From assembly GCF_004010195.1 (NCBI RefSeq), contig NC_057757.1, positions 3,665,870 through 3,685,869 of the forward strand: DNA of 20,000 nt. The letters are read 5' to 3'. Each line of letters opens with the position of its first letter. The stretch's first letter is position 1. The DNA comes from Chiloscyllium plagiosum (taxonomy: Eukaryota). A model generated the notes under the pieces. That model had not been told where the DNA came from. It made no database searches and saw only the letters and a list, made by a program, of their open reading frames with translations. The position numbers and the translations under genes are program-made. Below are positions 1 through 9,543 of the stretch, piece after piece.

Positions 1-953
1 GGAATTTGGAATATATACTATTGGAAAACTTAACTGAATAACAGATGCAGTACCTATTACTAATTAACTGTTCCAATATAGTGACACCCCATATGGACAA
101 CCCTTGGCAAAAAGGCTATTGCTGACACAGACTCTGACATGCAGTTCTCCAATCCAGGAGGAAAGAAACATCAAGAGATGGTTCAGACGGAATAGCAGCG
201 AGGAGACATTCCCTGAAGCTACAAACTCTTTTCAGAGCTCCAATAGCTTCTGCTGCTGAAAGCTGAGAAAAACTAGAAAACCTGGCCATTCAGAGCCAGC
301 CACGCTCATTTCGGCTGTTTCCAAGACTTCACAAGTTGTTTACTTAGACCATCTTCAATGCGCAGGTCTGCACATTTGCCTTAAGACTACTTTTGAAAAA
401 CAAAGAGGCCAAAATAATCTCTTAAAGTGACAGCTTCGTCTCACTACATTACAGGTGAGGCAAATGCATGACGTTCTCTTGTAGCTGCTGGCTATCATTC
501 ACTCAAATTAGTGGCTCAAACCTTGGAATAGCATCTGCAGTCAGACTATCAGAAATGATAAAGGAAACACTTGAAGGGAAGGAATGACACATTACAACAA
601 AAATTTGCAAACTTGTATAGCAGCCATGTGACTCACTGAAAGGAATCCTACATTAGATAATATTTTAAAGAAATGCTGTAAAAGGGGGCAAATTATTCTG
701 CACGAGTCAATAAAATATCCAGTTATAAGAGAGGAATGATAATATACAGCCAAAGCAATGACATGGTCGGAAGACAGTATTGTAGCTAAAGAGCTACATG
801 AATACATTTAAAGGAAATATCTTTCCAGAAAAGACATCAGTACACCGAAAGGGAAGAAATTACGCAAAACTTTCCAGTGATCATTACGTTTTGGGTTGAA
901 GCAGCTAAAATTAAAATGACTTTCAAACTGTGTGACAAATTCCAGACCAATAC

Positions 954-1023
954 CTGGCACCCCGATAGCAGCAAGGATGGGATAATAAATGGCAAAGAGC
1001 AGGCCTTCTGGTACACCATGCAT
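954..1023 (-). CDS. gpr139-like: Exon 1 of a second, divergently oriented GPR139-like GPCR (exon 2 not in window)
   Basis: ATG at 1023 gives MHGVPEGLLFAIYYPILAAIGVP followed by G|gtattg, a phase-1 donor at 953. Exon size, phase and TM1 motif match the + gene, and YYxxL..G.P resembles GPR139 TM1. No exon 2 is recognisable in 1-953. Confidence 0.75.
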
Positions 1024-1257
1024 TTCGGTAAGATGAAGTGGGTGAGACATTTATAACTGACATGAGGCTCCCATGAGCGATGAGATGTTTTGAGTGTGAA
1101 AATTAATTGTGAAAGTGCAACAACAAAAGAGATGTTTTGAGATGTCTTTGATTTGACGCATATATACCGAAGGTGAAATGGGAAAGACCCCAGTCTGATC
1201 CCAATCACACAACTTCAGAAAAAGAATTTAGGAACAAAGGAATAGAATCATTACTTA

Positions 1258-1354
1258 CAGCAAACACAGGGACTGCTGGAGAAACTCAGCAGGTCTGGAA
1301 GCATCTGGAGTGAGAGTTAGTGTTTCGAGTCTAGTATAACTCATTTTCAGAACT
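1258..1354 (-). mobile_element. Short Penelope pLTR-derived unit with a degenerate hammerhead motif
   Basis: Reverse complement resembles 6403-6494 (agttCTGAAAA..GACTCGAAAC..gatgcttccagacctgctgag). Confidence 0.65.
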
Positions 1355-1518
1355 CAGTTCTGTGCAAAAACAGATTCAATGAATTACTGCAATTGGATAG
1401 TGCACATATGACTCTGCATGGAGGTCCATTTAGACACAGGAGAGACAGACAGCATTTAGTTCAAAAGTAAATTATGATGTAGGAAAGACTGAAAGACTGT
1501 GATATCAAGATTATTGTC

Positions 1519-1696
1519 TTAGAATCCCTAAATATCAGAATCCTGACGGTGTTAGAAAAAGGCACTTTAGCCCAACAACTGCACACCGACCCTCTGCAGA
1601 GTATCCCACCCAAACCCATTCCCCATTACGCTAAATTTACCCCTGACTAATGCACCCAAATACATATCCCTGAACACTACAGGCAATTTAGCATGG
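1519..1696 (-). mobile_element. HE1-type SINE, 3' half
   Basis: cccaacaactgcacaccgacc...cccacccaaacccatt...acactacaggcaatttagcatgg matches the SINE copy at 16490-16793. Confidence 0.75.
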
Positions 1697-2127
1697 ACAG
1701 TGATGTATCTGGTTGGACAGTGACAGTACTAGGGAGGTCAGTGATGTATCTGATGGACAGTGACAGTAAGGGGGAGGTCAGTGATGTATCTGATGGACAG
1801 TGACAGTAAGGGGCAGGTCAGTGATGTATCTGAATGGACGGTGACAGAAAGGGGGAGGTCAGTGATGTATCTGATGGACAGTGGCAGTAAGAGGGAGGTC
1901 AGTGATGTATCAGATGGACAGTGACAGTAAGTGGGAGGTCAGTGATGTATCTGATGGACAGTGACAGTAAGGGGCAGGTCAGTGATGTATCTGATGGACA
2001 GTGACAGTAAGAGGGAGGTCAGTGATGTATCTGATGGACAGTGACAGTAAGGGGCAGGTTAGTGATGTATCTGATGGACAGTGACAGTAAGGGGGAGGAC
2101 AGTGATGTATCTGATGGACCGTGACAG
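1694..2127 (+). repeat. 40-bp minisatellite, about 10-11 copies
   Basis: Unit gtgatgtatctgatggacagtgacagtaagggggaggtca; gtgatgtatc recurs at 1700, 1741, 1781, 1821, 1862, 1902, 1942, 1982, 2022, 2062 and 2102. Confidence 0.97.
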
Positions 2128-2529
2128 TTTGGTGTGGGAATTTCCATCATGCCATGTATTTTATATTAGTTTAAATGTTTACCTGAATTTTACTTCCAAT
2201 GAATACTGAAAGTGAATCTGTTTATGATGTTGAAGTAGTGTGAGGCTCTGAATTGGGTTTATGTTACAACCTACAATTCCAATTTCAAGCTGTGCAGACC
2301 CTGGCACGGTGATATTAGCATTCGGATCCTCGTGTGAGCTGGAGCTGCATGTTCTGTGGGTGTGGTTTCGACACCCACAGAACATGACAGTCACTGAAGA
2401 TCAAAATCCATTCCAATTTGGAATTCAAATGCTCATCCGTATCTCCATCATTCCAAGCCCATCCTGTTCACTGAGTCCCCTCCCTCCGGAAAGGCAGTAT
2501 GTTCCCCTCACTTAGTTCTTCATGTCATG

Positions 2530-2821
2530 GAGTTATCAAGTCATACGGATGTACAGCATGGATTCTGGATTAGTGGTGCTGGAATAGCACAGCAGCTCAG
2601 GCAGCATCCGAGGAGCAGTAAAATTGACGTTTCGGGCAAAAGCCATTCATCAGGAAATGTACCCTTCTGTCCAAGCATCCATGCCGACCAGATAACCCAA
2701 CTCAATCTAATTCCACCTGCCAGCACCCGTTTCATATCTTTCTAAACCCTTCCTATTCATGTACCCATCCAGATGCCTTTTAAATGCTGTAATTGTACCA
2801 GCCTCCACCACTTCCTCTGGC
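2530..2821 (-). mobile_element. CR1-type LINE 3' tail, interrupted by a short pLTR unit; continues at 5188
   Basis: The typical tail (gatgtacagcatgga...catgccgaccagata...gcctccaccacttcctctggc) is contiguous with 5188-5490 once the Penelope insert is removed. Confidence 0.75.
2563..2656 (-). mobile_element. Short Penelope pLTR unit with a hammerhead motif
   Basis: Homologous to 2825-2920 and 5060-5150. The minus strand reads CTGATGA A TGGC TTTT GCCC GAAAC GTC. Confidence 0.8.
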
Positions 2822-3772
2822 GGTGACTGGAATAGAGTGGTGCTGGAAAAGTACAGCAGGTCAGGCAGCATCCGAGGTGCAGGAAAATCAACGTTTCAGG
2901 CTCAGCCCTTAATCAGGAATGAAGGCACGGAGCCTCCGGGATGGAGAGGTAAATGGGAGGGAGTTGGGGCGAGGGAGAAGATAGCATAGAGTACAGTAGT
3001 TGAATGTCAGTGGGGATGAAGGTGATAGGTCAGAGAGGAGGGTGGAGCGAATAGAGATTGGCAGGTAGGACAGGTCACGAGGACAGCGCTGAGCTATAAG
3101 TTTGGAACTGGGGTGAGGTGGGGGGAGGGGAAATGAGGAAACTGGTGAAGTCCACATTGATGCCCTGGGGTTGAAGTGTTCCGAGGCAGAAGATGAGACG
3201 TTCTTCCTCCTGACGTCGGGTGGTGAGGGAGCGGTGGTGGAGGAGGCCCAGGACCTCCATGTCCTTGGCAGAGTGGGAGGGGGAGTTGAAATGTTGGGCC
3301 ACAGGGCAGTGTGGTTGATTGGTGCGGGTGTCCCGGAGATGTTCCCTCAAGCGCTCTGCTATGAGGTGTCCAGTCTCCCCATTGTAGAGGAGACCGCAGC
3401 AGGAGCAACGGACACAATAAATGACATTGGTGGATGTGCAGGTGAAACTTTGATGGATATGGAAGGATCCTTTAGGGCCTTGGATGGAGGTGAGGGAGGA
3501 GGTGTGGGCGCAGGTTTTGCAATTCCTGCGGTGGCAGGGGAAGGATGGGAGGGTGGGTTGTAGGGGGCGCGTGGACCTGACCAGGTAGTCACGGAGGGAA
3601 TGGTCTTTGCGGAAGGCAGAAAGGGGTGGGGAGGGAAATATATCGCTGGTGGTGGGGTCCGTTTGGAGGTGGCGGAAATGTCATTGGCTGATTTGGTTAA
3701 TGCAAAGGTTGGTAGAGTGGAAGGTGAGCAGCGTTGGGGGGTTCTGTCCTTGTTACGGTTGGAGGGGTGGGG

Positions 3773-4284
3773 NNNNNNNNNNNNNNNNNNNNNNNNNNNN
3801 NNNNNNNNNNNNNNNNNNNNNNNNNNNNNNNNNNNNNNNNNNNNNNNNNNNNNNNNNNNNNNNNNNNNNNNNNNNNNNNNNNNNNNNNNNNNNNNNNNNN
3901 NNNNNNNNNNNNNNNNNNNNNNNNNNNNNNNNNNNNNNNNNNNNNNNNNNNNNNNNNNNNNNNNNNNNNNNNNNNNNNNNNNNNNNNNNNNNNNNNNNNN
4001 NNNNNNNNNNNNNNNNNNNNNNNNNNNNNNNNNNNNNNNNNNNNNNNNNNNNNNNNNNNNNNNNNNNNNNNNNNNNNNNNNNNNNNNNNNNNNNNNNNNN
4101 NNNNNNNNNNNNNNNNNNNNNNNNNNNNNNNNNNNNNNNNNNNNNNNNNNNNNNNNNNNNNNNNNNNNNNNNNNNNNNNNNNNNNNNNNNNNNNNNNNNN
4201 NNNNNNNNNNNNNNNNNNNNNNNNNNNNNNNNNNNNNNNNNNNNNNNNNNNNNNNNNNNNNNNNNNNNNNNNNNNNNNNNNNNN
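3773..4284. other. Assembly gap (512 N)
   Basis: Run of n characters. Confidence 1.
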
Positions 4285-5056
4285 CGGGGAAATGGAAGTC
4301 TTGGAGGAGGTGGAGGGCGTGGGTGGTGTCTCGAATGTATGTGGGGAGTTCCTGGACTAGGTGGGATAGGACAGTGTCGAGGTAGGTAGAAATGAGTTCA
4401 GTTGGGCAGGAGCATGCTGAGACAATGGGTCGGCCAGGGTGGTCAGGCTTGTGGATCTTGGGAAGGAGGTAGAACCGGGCAGTGCGGGGTTCCCGGACTA
4501 TGAGGTTGGAAGCTGTGGGTGGGAGATCTCCTGAGGTGATGAGGTTCTGTATGGTCTGGGAGATGATGATTTGGTGATGGGGGGTGGGGTCATGGTCGAG
4601 GGGGCAGCAGGAGGAGGTGTCTCCGAGTTGGCGTCTGGCTTTAGAGGTGTAGAGGGCAGTGCGCCAAACTACCACTGCACCCCCGTTATCCGCTGACTTG
4701 ATGGTGAGGTCGGGATTGGTGCACAGGGAGTGGAGGGCTGCGCGTTGTGAGGGTGAGAGGTTGGAGTGAGGGAGGGGTGTAGACAGTTTGAGGCGGTTAA
4801 TGTCTCGGCGGCAGCTGGAAATGAAGAGATCAAGAGTGGGTAATAGGCCAGCTCGGGGTGTCCAGGTGGATGGAGTGTGTTGGAGGTGGGTGAAGTGGTC
4901 CTCGGAAGGTGGGTGGGAGTCAGGCCAATCTTCCTTCCCACCTATCCACTCCTCTCTGACCTAGCACCTTCATCCCCACCCCCATCCACCTATTGTACTC
5001 GTTGCTACCTTCTTCCCAGCCCCAACCCTCCTCCCATTTATCTCTTCACCCCGGAG

Positions 5057-5092
5057 GCTCCTGATGAAGGGCTTTTGCCCGAAACGTTGATT
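5057..5092 (+). ncRNA. Minimal type I hammerhead ribozyme motif in a Penelope pLTR
   Basis: CTGATGA (5061-5067), A, stem II GGGC-TTTT-GCCC, GAAAC, then GTT; palindromic ACGT stem III and a weak stem I. Confidence 0.75.
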
Positions 5093-5187
5093 TTCCTGCT
5101 CCTTGGATGCTGCCTGACCTGCTATATTTTTCCAGCACCATTCTAATCTAGACTCTGATCTCCAGCATCTGCAGACCTCACTTTTGG

Positions 5188-5490
5188 CCACTTCCTCTGG
5201 CAGCTCATTCCATACATGCACCACCCTCTGCATGAAAAAAGTGACCCTTCGGTCTCTTTTATATCTTTCCCCTCTCACCCTAAACCTATGCCCTCTAGTT
5301 CTGGGTTCCCTGACCCCAGGGAAGCGAGCTTGTCTCTTTATCCTATCCATGCCCCTCATGATTTTGTAAACCTTTAAAAGGTCACCCCTCAGCCTCCGAC
5401 ATTCCAGAGAAAACAGCCCCAGTCTGTTCAACCTTTCCCTATAGCTCAAATTCTCCAACATTGGCAACATCCTTGTAAATCTGTTCCGGA
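5188..5490 (-). mobile_element. CR1-type LINE ORF2 C-terminal fragment
   Basis: RFTRMLP..LSYRERLNRLGLFSLECRRLRGDLLKVYKIMRG..RTRGH..FFMQRVVHVWNELPEEV. Confidence 0.9.
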
Positions 5491-5873
5491 TCCTGGGAAA
5501 TTGCAGATACGGAATAACTGCTGACCTCACAGTAATGTACACATTCAGTGTGTGAGAAAAATCACATTTCAATCAGTGAGTGAAATGTTCTTGTTTAAAG
5601 AGGGCAGCTCCCACCCTCGAGTACTGAAGGACAGCTCTGAGACCTAGTTTCACACTTGGAATAAACTGTCTCGATACAGCATCAGTTGAAACAATTTGTG
5701 ATCTTGGGATGGAGCTCATGGTGTGTGAGTGGACAACGTTATTGCTGGCAGATTCCAGTTTCTGTTTTTGTTACTTCATCCTGATGCAATTTGCTAAGAT
5801 TTGAATGTCCTGACCAGACGCAGTGAACAGGAGAGCAGCAGTGATTCTTCATCATTGGGATTAGACTTGTTAT

Positions 5874-5880
5874 TATAAAT
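5874..5880 (+). promoter_or_regulatory. Candidate TATA box of the + strand GPCR gene
   Basis: TATAAAT about 50 nt upstream of the in-frame ATG at 5928 and about 180 nt upstream of ATG 6060; motif only. Confidence 0.3.
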
Positions 5881-6059
5881 TGTTTGTTCATTTACAGAAA
5901 TGTGAAAAACAGCAATACAGCTGAGCAATGCTGTCTCCTCGATCTCCCCAAGGAGCTTCCACACAGTACAAGGCAGTGTCTCTGGGATTGCATCAGCTCA
6001 GAGTTTCAAACAAGGAGTTTGTCGGCTGCCTGAAGGGACAGATCACCTCACACAGAAAA

Positions 6060-6126
6060 ATGCATCAACCAATTGATCAAGTGAAGAAGGTGTTCTACAC
6101 CATCCTTGCCATTATTGGCATACCTG
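6060..6126 (+). CDS. gpr139-like: GPR139/GPR142-like class A GPCR, coding exon 1
   Basis: ATG 6060 gives MHQPIDQVKKVFYTILAIIGIP followed by G|gtatgc, a phase-1 donor at 6127. It splices in frame to 7806 to give ...IIGIPVNLLAITIL (TM1 G-x-P-x-N). An in-frame upstream ATG at 5928 could add 44 aa. Confidence 0.85.
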
Positions 6127-6364
6127 GTATGCAGTTATAATAATTGAACTTGTTTTAATCTGCTGCTGATCTATTCTCTGGTTTTACCATTTGAACGATA
6201 ATGTCTCCAGCTCACTGACTGGTCAGCCTTATCCAGACACCGGGACAGTGAGAGCAATTCACTCAGCAGCACTCTCAGTACAATTCTCCACTGACAGAGA
6301 CTCCCAACTTTACTGCTGCTGCATCATTTTCTGACCTCAGCGTTCTTTCATCTGTTCCGGTTTT

Positions 6365-6810
6365 ATAGGGTTTTGAAGGTATGAGGAGAGATCAGGCATG
6401 TCAGTTCTGAAGAAGGGTCACTGGACCTGAAACATTAACTCTGCTTTCTCTCCCAGAGATGCTGCCAGACCTGCTGAGCAATTTCTGTTTTTGTCATGCA
6501 AGTGAGGCCTGTCTTCACTAGAATTTTGAAGGCTAAGGAGTCATCTGAGTGAAGTCCGTCATGATATTAACAGGAAAAGTCAGGAAATGATAAACTATTT
6601 CGAGAGATTGGGGATTCCATGACGAGGGAGCAGAGTCTAAGAATGAGGTCTCGAGTGTTCAGGAAAGATGTTAGGAAGCATTTCTACACACAAAGGGTGG
6701 GAGAGATTTGGAAATCTCTTCCACAAATAACAGCAGATTATGGATCAGTTGTTAATTTTAAATCTGAGTTAGTTTTTCTCTGTTAAGCAAAGGAATTGAG
6801 GGATATGCAC
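6365..6810 (+). mobile_element. Old CR1 LINE 3' fragment in the GPCR intron, split by a pLTR unit
   Basis: Degenerate LFSLE..RLR..L and HFYTQRVG.IW.SLP coding remnants flank 6403-6494. Confidence 0.65.
6403..6494 (+). mobile_element. Short Penelope pLTR unit with a hammerhead motif, intronic and sense to the GPCR
   Basis: AGTT-CTGAAGA-A-GGGTC-ACTG-GACCT-GAAAC-ATT-AACT followed by gatgctgccagacctgctgagc. Confidence 0.8.
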
Positions 6811-7529
6811 CTGTTTTAATTTGTACAGCTTCATGTAACTATCATCATTTCTGGAAATTCTCTCCTGTTCACTGAGTCTGGTCAGGACATTAAAATCTTG
6901 ACAAATTGCACATCCGATCCCTGCATGTTGAGATGTTTATCATGTACAGATGTATAGATTGACAGGGTAAATATCACAGCAGTCCTCAGACTCATACATT
7001 GTCACTTAGGGGGCCTTGCATGCTCTGTTCTGCTGCACTTGTCTAAGTTACATGGGATAGTTTTGTTTGAGATCTTTCCCAGCTTCTGATGAGCTGTTTC
7101 CCAGTCCTGCTACAGCTCCAATCAGAATTTTGTCCAAGAGTGATCCAAGGAGAAGGGGAGAGTTTGGCTTATTAACAGTCTAATCGCCAGTCCTATGACC
7201 AACCTAAGATTGAGGTTTCTCATGAGGTTCTATGCTTACCAGCGATGAGGCTGAGAACTGGATGGATCTCTTACATCATTCAAGTAATTACCAAAAACCA
7301 AACAAAATCATAGATTTCCTTCTGGTCTCTGAGGAGAGAATGTGAACACACTCTCTCCCCAACATCCACAATCTCTGGTGTGACTGGGATGGAGGACAAT
7401 CTGTGGTGATGTGGAACTCCTAAATTTCAAACTCACTCCCCTAACCACTTCCACGAGCACAGTGTGCCAGTTTTTGATGCAAAAATCTTATTGCTGCTTT
7501 CTGGAGCAGGCAGGCAGAATTCCTGATCA

Positions 7530-7762
7530 TGGAGTTTGCACATTCTCCCCGTGTCTGCGTGGGTTTCCTCCGGGTGCTCTGGTTTCCTCGCACAGTCCAA
7601 AAATGTTCAGGTTAGGTGAATTGGCCATGTTAAATTGCCCATAATGTTAGGTGAAGGGGTAAATATAGGGAAATGGGTCTGGGTGGGTTGCTCTTTGGAG
7701 AGTCAGTGTGGACTTGTTGGGCCGAAAGGCCTGTTTCTACACTGTAAGTAATCTACTCTAAT
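7530..7762 (+). mobile_element. HE1-type SINE, 5'-truncated, intronic
   Basis: ggagtttgcacattctccccgtgtctgcgtgggtttcctccgggtgctc...ggcctgtttctacactgtaagtaatcta tail. Confidence 0.88.
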
Positions 7763-7805
7763 ATAATCGCATTTACTGTTTTTTCCCCCCATTTCTCTCC
7801 CACAG

Positions 7806-8698
7806 TTAATTTGCTGGCAATTACAATCCTTTCCCAGGGAAAGTGCAGTGTTTCCCCTTGCACTACTTGCTACCTGATGTTTATGGCAGCTGCTGATCTG
7901 ATGGTCATTATCACTGATATTATCCTGAGGAGATTTTCCTATTATTATTACCCACGATCTTTCCTAGAAATCACTCCTGTGTGTAGTGTTACGGGCTTGC
8001 TGAGTCGTGTTGCCATGGACTGCTCTGTCTGGTTCACTGTCACTTTCTCCTTTGACCGATTTGTGACCATTTGTTGTCAGAAGCTGAGAACAAAATATTG
8101 CACTGAAAAAACTGCAACTGTGGTTCTGGCAACAACCTGCACCCTATTCTGTCTGAAAAACATCCCTTTCTATTTTCAATTTGATCCTGTGATGATAATC
8201 AACAATGTGCCATTCTACTGCAAAACAAAGTTAAGTTACTTCACTGAGACTTGGTGGGTGGTATTAGATTGGCTTGATACAATTTTGACCCCTCTGCTGC
8301 CATTCGCTTCAATTCTGTTGCTCAATGCTCTGACAGTCAGACACATTTTAGTGACCAGTCGAGTCCGGAAGAGGCTGAGGGGTGAGAGCAAAGGAGAGAA
8401 TTGCAGAGACCCAGAGATGGAGAGCAGAAGGAAGGCTGTGATTTTACTCTTCACCATCTCTTGGAGCTTCATCCTCCTCTTTGTTGTAGATTTCTTATAT
8501 TATGCCATTCAAGGAATCAATCTTGACAATTACCCGCCTTTTCTGGTCCACTTCAGTGCAGTTGGACTCATGCTGAAGAGATTAAGCTGTTGCACGAACA
8601 CATTTATTTATGCAGCAACATTGTCCCAATTCAGAGCGAAGATCAGTAACGCAGTAAAATACCTGGTTACACGAATTCCTTGTGTTGTGAATAAATAA
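7806..8698 (+). CDS. gpr139-like: GPR139/GPR142-like class A GPCR, coding exon 2 (end of TM1 through TM7 and helix 8); spliced protein 319 aa
   Basis: Polypyrimidine tract and cacag acceptor end at 7805. The open frame contains MAAADL (TM2), TPVCS (C3.25), SFDRFVTIC (DRY-like), KNIPFY (TM4), ECL2 Cys, LLPFASILLLN (TM5), ILLFTIS (TM6) and CCTNTFIY..LSQFR (TM7/H8). Stop TAA at 8696-8698. Confidence 0.9.
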
Positions 8699-8699
8699 A
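8690..8699 (+). terminator. Candidate overlapping AATAAA poly(A) signals over the stop codon
   Basis: AATAAATAAA spans the last codons and the TAA; use as a signal is unverified. Confidence 0.25.
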
Positions 8700-8769
8700 A
8701 CTCCACAGTGAAGCCGACAGGAGGGTCCTATTGTTTCCAGACCATGAAATGATTTTCTTTGCTTCACTC

Positions 8770-9200
8770 GTGGAATGTGGGTATCGCTGACGGAGTCAGT
8801 ATTTATTCCCCATCCCTAATTGCCCCTTGAGAAGGTACTGCTGAGCTGGCTTTCACATGGATGGAATGATGATACATTTCCAAATCAGGATGGTGAGTGG
8901 CTCGGAGGGGCTTTTGAAGGGCATAGTGTTCCTATGTGTCTGCTGCCTTTGTCCTTCTGAATGGAAGTGGTCATGGGGTTTGGAAGGTGCTGTCTCAGTA
9001 TCTTTGGCGAATTACTGCAGTGCATCTTGCAGCTGGTACACACTGCTGCTACTGAAAGTTGGTGGGGGAAGAGAGGTGATCTTTGTGGATGTGGTGCCAA
9101 TCGAGTGGGGACTGCTTCATCCTGGATGGTTTCGGGTTTCTTGAGTGTTGTTGGTGGTGCACCCATCCAGGGCAAGTGGGGAGTATTCCATCACATCCTG
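8770..9200 (-). mobile_element. Non-LTR retrotransposon 3' fragment (CR1/L2-type); same family as 13455-13955
   Basis: The reverse complement shares tagcagcagtgtgtacca..aagatgcactgcag..gacagcaccttccaaacc..agaaggacaa..gccactcaccatcctga with 13455-13650. Confidence 0.7.
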
Positions 9201-9543
9201 ACAGAGAGTCCTTATCCCTGCATAGGGAGAGAGTTGAGCTGGGAACCTGCGGATTTCCCATTGTGGCACAATCCAAAGGAACTATCAGTAGGAATGGAAT
9301 CTCCTGCTGGGAACAGCTTGGAACCCTCTGTAAGTCTCCATCAAAATCAAATCCTTCGGAGGGTTATGATACAGTTAAGTAGAATAGTTAATCTGAAAAA
9401 GTTTCACTGTTAAATACATGATCTCACTCCTCCGTAACAAATCTATCAGCCCCACACTAATGTTAAAAACAACCACCTATGAGCTGTTTCGATGTGAGAA
9501 ATTGTCAGGTGATTACATGACATTATCAGAGCCCACCCAGCAA

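Larger units (their letters stand above)
2822..5187 (-). mobile_element. Penelope-like retroelement (RT + GIY-YIG endonuclease), 5'-truncated, with inverted pLTRs and a 14-bp TSD
   Basis: RT N-terminal motifs ADNGGAVVVW and PRTARFYLLPKIHK..GRPIVS (about 4285-4700). GIY-YIG region FTCTSTNVIYCVRCSCCGLLYNGET..RLREH (about 3140-3460). The pLTR at about 2822-3065 has an inverted copy at about 4925-5187. TSD ccacttcctctggc at 2808-2821 and 5188-5201. The RT core is hidden in the N gap. Confidence 0.92.
5785..6910. repeat. 51-bp inverted repeat pair (5785-5835 and 6860-6910) flanking GPCR exon 1
   Basis: tgcaatttgctaagatttgaatgtcctgaccagacgcagtgaacaggagag versus the reverse complement of 6860-6910: 47/51 identical. 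Confidence 0.9.

Noticed and set aside
592..807. Hydrophobic 71-aa ORF as exon 2 of the - strand GPCR
   Set aside because: It lacks the expected N-L-x-A-I-x-I-L, AxADL and DRF motifs, so it is probably intronic.
1694..2127. CRISPR-like array
   Set aside because: Units are contiguous near-identical 40-mers with no unique spacers, there are no cas genes, and the context is vertebrate.
3359..4675. Long ORFs of 208-438 aa
   Set aside because: They are open only because they run through the N gap. The real coding signal is the Penelope RT/EN on the - strand.
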